The notes beneath the pieces are model-generated. The model made no database searches and had not been told where the DNA came from. It worked only from the letters and a program-made list of their open reading frames with translations. Positions 54,887 through 64,000 of a stretch of 64,000 nt of DNA are shown piece after piece. Made by a program: the position numbers and the translations under genes. Each line of letters begins with the position of its first letter. The first letter of the stretch is position 1. The stretch is taken from the NCBI GenBank assembly GCA_963770565.1, contig CAVYQE010000001.1, positions 1,216,001 to 1,280,000 of the forward strand, in the 5' to 3' direction. Origin of the DNA: an uncultured Actinomycetota bacterium (lineage in GTDB: Bacteria > Actinomycetota > Actinomycetes > JAFAQI01).

Positions 54887-56190
54887 CCGTCAAGACGCTG
54901 CGGGTGGCGCTGCTCGGGTGCGGCGTGGTCGGCACCGAGGTGGTCCGCCTGCTGCAGCTCCAGCACGACGATCTGGCCCGCGGATCGGCGCGCCGCTCGA
55001 GCTGGTCGGAATCGCGGTCCGCCGGCCGCGGCCGCGCGCGCGACCTGCCGGTCGACCCGTCGCTGTTCACCTCCGACGCCGCGGCGCTGGTCGCGCGAGA
55101 GGACGTCGACGTCGTGGTCGAGGTGATCGGCGGCATCGAACCGGCCCGTTCACTGCTGGTCACCGCGCTCGAACGTGGCGCCTCGGTGGTGACCGCCAAC
55201 AAGGCGTTGCTCGCCGAGGACGGCGCGACCTTGTACGACGCGGCCCGCCGCGGCAACGCCGACCTGTATTGCGAGGCGAGCGTGGGGGGCGCGATCCCAT
55301 TGCTGCGGCCGCTGCGCGAGTCGCTGGCCGGCGACCGGGTGACCCGCGTCATCGGCATCGTCAACGGCACCACCAACTACGTCCTCACCCAGATGGACTC
55401 CACCGGCGCCGGGTTCGCCGAGGCACTCGAGGAAGCCCAGGCACTCGGCTATGCCGAGGCCGATCCGTCCGCGGACATCGACGGCTTCGATGCGGCCGCG
55501 AAGGCGGCGATCCTGGCCGGACTCGCCTTCCACACCCGGGTCACTGCCGCCGACGTCTACCGCGAGGGCATCGCCGACGTGACCGCGAGCGACGTCAAGA
55601 CCGCGAGCGACATGAACGGCGTCGTCAAGCTGCTCGCGATCGCCGAACGCGGTCCGGACCACTCGGGACGCGACTCGATCGGTGTGCGGGTGCACCCGGC
55701 GATCCTGTCCAGAACCCACCCGCTGGCCGGTGTCCGCGATGCCTACAACGCGGTGTTCGTCGAAGCCGACGCGGCGGGCCAGCTGATGTTCTACGGCCGC
55801 GGCGCCGGTGGCGCCCCGACCGCGAGCGCGGTGCTCGGCGACCTGGTCGCGGTGTGCCGCAACCGGTTGAGCGGCGCGCGTGGCGCCGGGGATTCGTCGT
55901 ACGCGCAGTTGCGGATCCGCCCGATGGGGGAGACCGTCACCCGCTACCACGTCAGCCTCGACGTCGCCGACAAGGCCGGTGTGCTGGCGAGCGTCGCGCA
56001 GGCGTTTGCGGTGCACGACGTGTCGATCCAGACCGTGCGCCAGGAAGGCCACGGCGACGATGCGACCTTGGTGCTCGTGACGCACGAGGCCACCGACGCA
56101 GCGCTGTCGGCGACCGTCGAGGACGTCCGCCGGCTCGACTCGGTGCGGGCAGTGGCAAGTGTGATGAGGGTCGAAGGGGGCGTCGAATGA
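54883..56190 (+). CDS. hom: Homoserine dehydrogenase (compensating indels ~54975-55030)
   Basis: [40 protein letters not shown]-terminal ACT domain. Confidence 0.95.
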   Translation: MTVKTLRVALLGCGVVGTEVVRLLQLQHDDLARGSARRSSWSESRSAGRGRARDLPVDPSLFTSDAAALVAREDVDVVVEVIGGIEPARSLLVTALERGASVVTANKALLAEDGATLYDAARRGNADLYCEASVGGAIPLLRPLRESLAGDRVTRVIGIVNGTTNYVLTQMDSTGAGFAEALEEAQALGYAEADPSADIDGFDAAAKAAILAGLAFHTRVTAADVYREGIADVTASDVKTASDMNGVVKLLAIAERGPDHSGRDSIGVRVHPAILSRTHPLAGVRDAYNAVFVEADAAGQLMFYGRGAGGAPTASAVLGDLVAVCRNRLSGARGAGDSSYAQLRIRPMGETVTRYHVSLDVADKAGVLASVAQAFAVHDVSIQTVRQEGHGDDATLVLVTHEATDAALSATVEDVRRLDSVRAVASVMRVEGGVE

Positions 56191-57261
56191 CCGCGACCAT
56201 TGCGCGCACGTCGCCGTGGCGAGGCGTGATCGAGGAGTTCCGCGACCGGCTTCCGGTGACCTCGACCACGCCGATCGTCACGTTGCTCGAAGGCGGCACA
56301 CCGCTCCTGACCGCGCCGCGACTGTCGGCGGTGACCGGTTGCGACGTACACCTCAAGGTCGAGGGCATGAACCCGACCGGTTCGTTCAAGGACCGCGGCA
56401 TGACCCTCGCGATCAGCAAGGCGGCCGAGGAAGGCTCGAAGGCGGTCATCTGCGCCTCGACCGGCAACACCTCAGCGAGTGCTGCGGCGTACGCAGTTCG
56501 GGCCGGGATGATCTGCGCGGTGCTCGTGCCGAGCGGCAAGATCGCGATGGGCAAGTTGGCGCAAGCGCTCGTACACGGCGCGCGACTCCTGCAGGTCGAC
56601 GGCAACTTCGACGACTGCCTCAACCTCGCGCGCGACCTCGCCGAGCATCACCCGGTCTCGCTGGTCAACTCGGTCAACGCCGTACCGGATCGACGGCCAG
56701 AAGACCGCCGCGTTCGAGATCTGCGACGCCCTCGGCGACGCACCGGACGTGCACTGCCTGCCGGTCGGCAACGCCGGGAACATCACGGCGTACTGGAAGG
56801 GATACACCGAGTACGCCGCTGACGGCACCGCCACGAAGCGGCCGGTGATGCGCGGCTTCCAGGCCGCCGGCGCGGCACCGATCGTTCGCGGCGAGGCAGT
56901 GGCGAATCCGTCGACGATCGCGACCGCGATCCGGATCGGCAACCCCGCCTCGTGGAAGCAAGCACTCGCCGCGCGCGATGAGTCCGGTGGCGCAATCGAG
57001 GCGGTCACCGACCGCGAGATCCTTTCGGCGTACCGGATGCTGGCCCGCGAGGAGGGCGTGTTCGTCGAGCCGGCGAGTGCGGCCAGCGTCGCTGGATTGC
57101 TGCAAGCACACGCGAACGGATCGATCCGGCCCGGCAGCAGAGTCGTCTGCACGGTGACCGGCAACGGCTTGAAGGACCCCGAGTGGGCGATCGCGGGCGC
57201 ACCCGTGCCCATGACGATCGCCGCCGATGTCGCCGCCGCGGCCGCGGCGCTCGAGCTGTAG
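56187..57261 (+). CDS. thrC: Threonine synthase (frameshift near 56680)
   Basis: [38 protein letters not shown]. Confidence 0.94.
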
Positions 57262-57275
57262 TCGCGGGAGACCTG

Positions 57276-58199
57276 ATGGCCCGACGCGGCGGCCCGGCGT
57301 TCCGAGCGGCACCGCTGCGGGTGAAAGTGCCGGCGACGAGTGCGAACCTCGGTCCCGGCTTCGACGCGCTCGGTCTCGCCCTCGGCTTGTACGACGACGT
57401 CGTGGTGCGAGTGACCGACGAGCCGGGGCTCAGCGTCGATGTCGCCGGCATGGGGGCCGCAAGCGTGCCGCGCAACGCACGCCACCTCGTGGTCAAGTCG
57501 ATGCGGGCCGCCTTCAAGGTCCTCGGCGGCGCACCGAAGGGCCTCGAAGTGGTGTGTGCGAACCGGATCCCGCACACTCGCGGCCTCGGCTCGTCTGCTG
57601 CCGCGATCGTCGCCGGCGTCGTCGCGGCCCGTGGTCTTGTCGTCGGTGGCGCGGAGCGGCTCGACAATGCCGGCGTACTCGAACTTGCAGCGTCGCTCGA
57701 AGGCCATCCGGACAACGTCGCGGCCTGCCTGCTCGGTGGGCTGACCGTGGCGTGGGTCGATGACGGGCGCGCGAAAGCGGTGTCCGTACCGGTGACCACC
57801 TCGCTCGCACCGGTGGCATTCGTGCCGGGCGCGAGCTCCTCGACCCGGGCGGCGCGACGACTGCTGCCGGAGTCGGTCAGTCACAGCGATGCGGCCAGGA
57901 ACGCCGGTCGCGCGGCACTGCTTGTCGCGGCGCTGCGCTCGGAGCCGGATCTGCTGATGGCCGCAACCGAGGATGCGCTCCACCAGTCGTACCGAGCGGA
58001 GGCCATGCCGCGCAGTACGGCGTTGCTCCGCGAGCTCCGCGATGCCGGGGTGCCCGCAGTGATCTCGGGCGCCGGCCCGACCGTGCTTGCATTGACCACT
58101 ACGGAGACCCGCGAGCACGCGATGGGGTTCGCCCGTCGCGGGTGGTCCGCCCTCGCGCTCGAGGTCGATCGCGGCGGGGCGCAGGTGGTCGCGCTGTAG
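57276..58199 (+). CDS. thrB: Homoserine kinase
   Basis: VPATSANLGPGFD, P..RGLGSS, EGHPDN, SGAGPT. Confidence 0.96.
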   Translation: MARRGGPAFRAAPLRVKVPATSANLGPGFDALGLALGLYDDVVVRVTDEPGLSVDVAGMGAASVPRNARHLVVKSMRAAFKVLGGAPKGLEVVCANRIPHTRGLGSSAAAIVAGVVAARGLVVGGAERLDNAGVLELAASLEGHPDNVAACLLGGLTVAWVDDGRAKAVSVPVTTSLAPVAFVPGASSSTRAARRLLPESVSHSDAARNAGRAALLVAALRSEPDLLMAATEDALHQSYRAEAMPRSTALLRELRDAGVPAVISGAGPTVLALTTTETREHAMGFARRGWSALALEVDRGGAQVVAL

Positions 58200-58525
58200 G
58201 CGAACGAGAAAGGGTCACCCGACACGCGGAACAAAACGATTTTGTGAATTGTTGGCAGGAACAGGTAGCGACGACTACGCTATGTATTGCGACAGCCGCC
58301 CCGACGGGGCGAGGTCCTCGCGAATTGCGCACCGAACTCAGATGACATCCTCACGTGAGGAACTCGTTTTCTGATTCTGTCGCGACCCCGCAGTCAACAA
58401 CCGCGGGTGCACTGCGAGAGAACCCCTCCCGGGAGTGGCTCCACACACGTCCGCCGCACAGGCGGACCACGGTGCCGCCAGGCCGAAATTGGCCGGCCGC
58501 ACCAACCAGTAAGGAAGGATCCTTG

Positions 58526-60376
<1,851 letters not shown>

Positions 60377-60502
60377 CGAGCCGCAAGCAACGCGGAACAA
60401 GGGCCTCCGCTTCGGCGTTCAGGCTCTGGCACACTGGACAGCGGTTCCGGTTCACGTCCGAGCACTCGGGCGACCCGGCGACCAGAAGCGACAGGAGCAG
60501 TA

Positions 60503-60709
60503 GTGAAACCCGACATTCACCCGCAGTACGTCGAGACCACCGTGACGTGCACGTGCGGGAACACCTTTACCACCCGCAGCACCGCAGCCAACGGCGTGAT
60601 CCACGCCGACGTCTGCTCGGCCTGCCACCCCTTCTACACCGGCAAGCAGAAGATCCTGGACACCGGCGGACGCGTAGCCCGCTTCGAACAGCGCTACGCC
60701 AAGAAGTAG
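60503..60709 (+). CDS. rpmE: 50S ribosomal protein L31 (zinc-binding type)
   Basis: [13 protein letters not shown]...[13 protein letters not shown]. Confidence 0.97.
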   Translation: MKPDIHPQYVETTVTCTCGNTFTTRSTAANGVIHADVCSACHPFYTGKQKILDTGGRVARFEQRYAKK

Positions 60710-60928
60710 CTCCGCTCAGCTCGGCGCTGGCCGCGTTCTCGGTCGCTTGCGTGCTCAAGCACGCGGCGCTCCCTGCGGCCTTGCCAGCCCCAACCTGAGC
60801 TGTCGCTACTCCTCGGCGTTGGAAGTGCGTTGCTGGTGGTTGCGCTCTTGATCTGTGACGTCTGGCCTGACGCGCGGCCCTGATTACGCGCCCGGCCACT
60901 AAGTTGGTGGTCGATGCAATAGGAGAGA

Positions 60929-61966
60929 GTGGTGTTCGAGCAGGTTGAGGAGCTCGTCACCGAGCACGCCGAGGTCGAGAAACAGCTGTCCGATCCGGCC
61001 ATCCACTCCGACCAGGGCCGCGCCCGCACGCTCGGCCAGCGCTATGCCGAGCTGACGCCGATCGTCACGACGTATCAGGAGTGGAAGCGGGTCGGCGACG
61101 ACCTGGCCGCCGCCCGCGAGCTCTCGGGCGAGGACTCGTCGTTCCGGGCCGAGGCGACCGAGCTCGAGGAGCGGCAGGATCATCTCGCCGACGAGCTCAG
61201 GCGGCTGTTGGTGCCCGCTGATCCGAACGACGACAAGGACGTCATCCTCGAAGTGCAGGCCGGCGAGGGCGGCGAGGAGTCGGCGCTGTTTGCCGGCGAC
61301 CTGCTGCGGATGTATCTGCGGTACGCCGAGCGGCAGGGCTGGAAGACCGAGCTGCTCGACGCCACCGAGAGCGACCTCGGCGGTTACAAGGCAGCGACGA
61401 TCGCGGTGCGCGGGCGACGTGACCCGAAGCCCTGGAGCCGGCTGAAGTACGAGGGCGGGGTGCACCGGGTACAGCGTGTGCCGGTGACCGAGGCCCAGGG
61501 CCGGATCCACACCAGCGCGGCCGGCGTACTCGTCCTTCCGGAGGCGGAGGACGTCGAGGTCGAGATCGACCCGAACGACCTGCGGATCGACGTCTACCGG
61601 TCGTCCGGCCCCGGTGGCCAGAGCGTCAATACGACCGACTCCGCTGTCCGGGTCACCCACATCCCGACCGGCATCGTCGTCTCCTGCCAGAACGAGAAGA
61701 GCCAGCTGCAGAACAAGGAGAGCGCGATGCGCATCCTGCGGGCCCGACTGCTCGCCGCTGCCCAGGAGCAGGCAGACGCGGATGCCTCCGCGGCCCGGCG
61801 GAGCCAGGTGCGCACGGTCGACCGCAGCGAGCGAGTGCGGACCTACAACTTCCCGGAGAACCGGATCAGCGACCACCGGGTCAACTTCAAGGCCTACAAC
61901 CTCGACGCGGTGCTCGACGGCGACCTCGACGCGGTGATCCAGGCGCTCATCGACGCCGACAGCTGA
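60929..61966 (+). CDS. prfA: Peptide chain release factor 1
   Basis: PVT specificity motif, [15 protein letters not shown]. Confidence 0.97.
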   Translation: MVFEQVEELVTEHAEVEKQLSDPAIHSDQGRARTLGQRYAELTPIVTTYQEWKRVGDDLAAARELSGEDSSFRAEATELEERQDHLADELRRLLVPADPNDDKDVILEVQAGEGGEESALFAGDLLRMYLRYAERQGWKTELLDATESDLGGYKAATIAVRGRRDPKPWSRLKYEGGVHRVQRVPVTEAQGRIHTSAAGVLVLPEAEDVEVEIDPNDLRIDVYRSSGPGGQSVNTTDSAVRVTHIPTGIVVSCQNEKSQLQNKESAMRILRARLLAAAQEQADADASAARRSQVRTVDRSERVRTYNFPENRISDHRVNFKAYNLDAVLDGDLDAVIQALIDADS

Positions 61967-62012
61967 TCGCGCGCGCCCGAATCCTCCGACCGGCACTGAC
62001 AGACTGAGGCGC

Positions 62013-62816
62013 GTGACGATGACCGTGCGCGAGGTGGCCTCGGCGCTCGCGGCGGCCGGGGTGCCGAGCGCCGACCATGACGCCCGGGTGCTCGTCCGGC
62101 TTGCCGCCGACAACGCGGTCCCGCTCGACCAGCTGGTGGCGGCCCGGGCGGCCCGGGTGCCGCTGCAACACCTGACCGGCTCGGCCGGGTTCCGCTACCT
62201 CGACCTGGTGGTCGGGCCCGGCGTCTTCGTCCCGCGTCCCGAGACCGAACTGCTCGTCGACGCGGTCCTCGCGGCACTGGATCTCCTGCCCGCGGACCGT
62301 ACGCCGGTCGTCGTGGACCTCTGCGCCGGCAGCGGCGCGATCGGGTTGTCAGTGGCGCACGAGCATCCGCGCGCGGTCGTCCATCTCGTCGAGTCCTCAG
62401 CGGCAGCCTTCGAGTGGCTTCAGCGCAACGCGGCCGGTTCGGTCGCGCCCGGCCGGGTGCGGCTGCATCACGCCGATCTTGCCGATGCCCCGACCGGCCT
62501 GGACCGAACCGTCGACGTCGTCGTGTCGAACCCTCCCTATGTGCCCCTCGACGAACGCGACCTGGTCGACCCCGAGGTCCGCGAGCACGACCCGGACGAG
62601 GCGTTGTGGGCCGACGACGAGGGGCTGTCGGTGATCCGGCGCGTGGTCGACCGCGCCACCGCACTGTTGCGGCCGGCCGGCGTACTGGTCATCGAACACT
62701 CGGAACGCCACAATCGGTCAGTGCCCGACCTGCTCGACGCCGCGGGCTTCAGTGATGTCGTCGACCACCCCGACCTCGCCGGCCGACCGCGGTTCACGGT
62801 AGGAACCGCGGCATGA
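62013..62816 (+). CDS. prmC: Release factor glutamine methyltransferase
   Basis: VFVPRPETE, DLCAGSG, SNPPY. Confidence 0.95.
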   Translation: MTMTVREVASALAAAGVPSADHDARVLVRLAADNAVPLDQLVAARAARVPLQHLTGSAGFRYLDLVVGPGVFVPRPETELLVDAVLAALDLLPADRTPVVVDLCAGSGAIGLSVAHEHPRAVVHLVESSAAAFEWLQRNAAGSVAPGRVRLHHADLADAPTGLDRTVDVVVSNPPYVPLDERDLVDPEVREHDPDEALWADDEGLSVIRRVVDRATALLRPAGVLVIEHSERHNRSVPDLLDAAGFSDVVDHPDLAGRPRFTVGTAA

Positions 62817-63469
62817 AGACCGGGGTGTTCGACTGCACCAAACCCCACCACCGCGAAGAGGGCATCGACGCCGCGGTGAGCGCGGTCCTGCGTGCCGAGC
62901 TCGTCGTGTTGCCGACCGACACCGTGTACGGCGTCGGTACCGACGCGTTCTCGGCCGCCGCGGTCGAGGCGCTGCTCGCCGCGAAAGGCCGCGACCGAAG
63001 CATGCCGGTGCCGGTGCTGGTCGGGTCGCAGCACATGGTCGACGCGCTGGTCGCGGAGCTGTCCGACGCGGGCCGCGACCTCATTGCCGCCTTCTGGCCC
63101 GGTGCGCTGACGCTCGTGGTCCGGCATACCGCGCATCTCGCCTGGGACCTGGGCGAGACGCTCGGGACGGTTGCGATCCGGATGCCCGACAACGACATCG
63201 CCCTGGAGCTCATCTCGCGGACCGGACCGCTCGCCACCTCCAGCGCCAACCGCTCCGGACACGAGCCGGCGACGACCATGCTGGATGCGCGCCTGCAACT
63301 GGGCGCCTCGGTGTCGGTCTACCTCGACGGCGGGCCGACTGCCGGACCGGTCGCATCGTCGATCATCGACCTCACCGGCGAGCAGCCACGCGTGCTGCGC
63401 GCGGGTGCGATCGACCTCGACCGGCTACGCGAAGTCGTCCCGGAGCTCGGAGCTCTCGAAGCCGGATAG
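62813..63469 (+). CDS. tsaC: L-threonylcarbamoyladenylate synthase (Sua5/YrdC)
   Basis: LPTDTVYG, AKGR, FWPGALT, TSSANRSG. Confidence 0.93.
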   Translation: MKTGVFDCTKPHHREEGIDAAVSAVLRAELVVLPTDTVYGVGTDAFSAAAVEALLAAKGRDRSMPVPVLVGSQHMVDALVAELSDAGRDLIAAFWPGALTLVVRHTAHLAWDLGETLGTVAIRMPDNDIALELISRTGPLATSSANRSGHEPATTMLDARLQLGASVSVYLDGGPTAGPVASSIIDLTGEQPRVLRAGAIDLDRLREVVPELGALEAG

Positions 63470-63919
63470 CGCGCGCAGATGCGCGGCGAGGGTGTTGGCC
63501 AGCCGTTGCGGGGTGGTCGCGCGGTGCGAGACGAGCATCCGGGCGAGGAACAGCACGCTGAGCTGCAACCCGAACGTCGGCCGGACCGCCGCCCTGGGCG
63601 CATCGGCCGCCGGCGGCACCAGGGACAGCGGGGTCGGGCGCGCGCCGGTCGTCTCGGTGAGCTCGGCAAGTGCGGCCTCGGCGAGCAACCGGGCCTCCGC
63701 GACGAGGATCGGCAGGTCCTCGCGATCGGGGGAGTTCTCCGCGGCCAAGGTGCGCCGGATCGTGACCGACGTACGCAGCGTCTCGGCGATCAGCCACCAG
63801 ACCGCGGCCGGGATCCCGTCGTCGGGCGGCTTGGTTCGGAGCAGCGCCGCGAGGGCGACGTCACCCACCGAGTCCGCAAAAACCTCGTCTGCGGTCAAAC
63901 CCGACAGCTGGGTGGTCAT
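63425..63919 (-). CDS. Hypothetical helical protein, paralogue of 26182-26655
   Basis: AGGAGAGG RBS; colinear similarity with 26182-26655. Confidence 0.78.
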   Translation of the reverse strand: MTTQLSGLTADEVFADSVGDVALAALLRTKPPDDGIPAAVWWLIAETLRTSVTIRRTLAAENSPDREDLPILVAEARLLAEAALAELTETTGARPTPLSLVPPAADAPRAAVRPTFGLQLSVLFLARMLVSHRATTPQRLANTLAAHLRALSGFESSELRDDFA

Positions 63920-64000
63920 CGGCCTCTCCTACGGTCTGGCGCCCCGTGTCCTTGACCTTCACAACAGCACCTGAGTACGACGTGAGAGGTTCCTGTGTGC

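Noticed and set aside
51831-57261. Programmed frameshifting or true pseudogenes in argS, lysA, hom and thrC
   Set aside because: Too many scattered indels without slippery motifs, in housekeeping genes with intact catalytic motifs; sequencing error is simpler.
58200-58525. Long rho leader as a riboswitch or ncRNA
   Set aside because: Long rho leaders are common and no recognisable aptamer consensus was seen; an Rfam scan is needed.

Overview
High-GC Actinomycetota genomic window with three parts. (1) 1-9.5 kb: a nutrient-uptake and catabolic cluster with a peptide ABC transporter, an M20 deacylase, a polyamine-type ABC transporter and an amidohydrolase. (2) About 9.5-49.5 kb: a long accessory region ending at the 3' end of tRNA-Arg(CCG). 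It holds a DyP peroxidase/family-1 encapsulin operon, many redox and detox enzymes, a PAS-GAF two-component system, a MalT-like AAA-LuxR regulator, and two decayed tandem integrative modules with a 42-bp att repeat. (3) 49.7-64 kb: an MFS/TetR pair followed by the core argS-lysA-hom-thrC-thrB-rho-rpmE-prfA-prmC-tsaC block; argS, lysA, hom and thrC carry indels that look like sequencing errors. The most striking unannotated signal is a promoter element, CCAG(G/T)G-N6-ACGGGCGCGA followed 17-18 bp later by an nAnnnT -10. It occurs nine times between 18.4 and 39.3 kb, always correctly oriented before a gene or operon, and suggests a ~21-kb regulon (including the encapsulin) around the MalT-like regulator. 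Also notable: two copies of an unrecognised helical protein family 37 kb apart, and a pseudo-cyclase STAND regulator next to a signal-peptide-less AmiC/UrtA-like protein. All assignments come from reading motifs by eye; no database searches were run.
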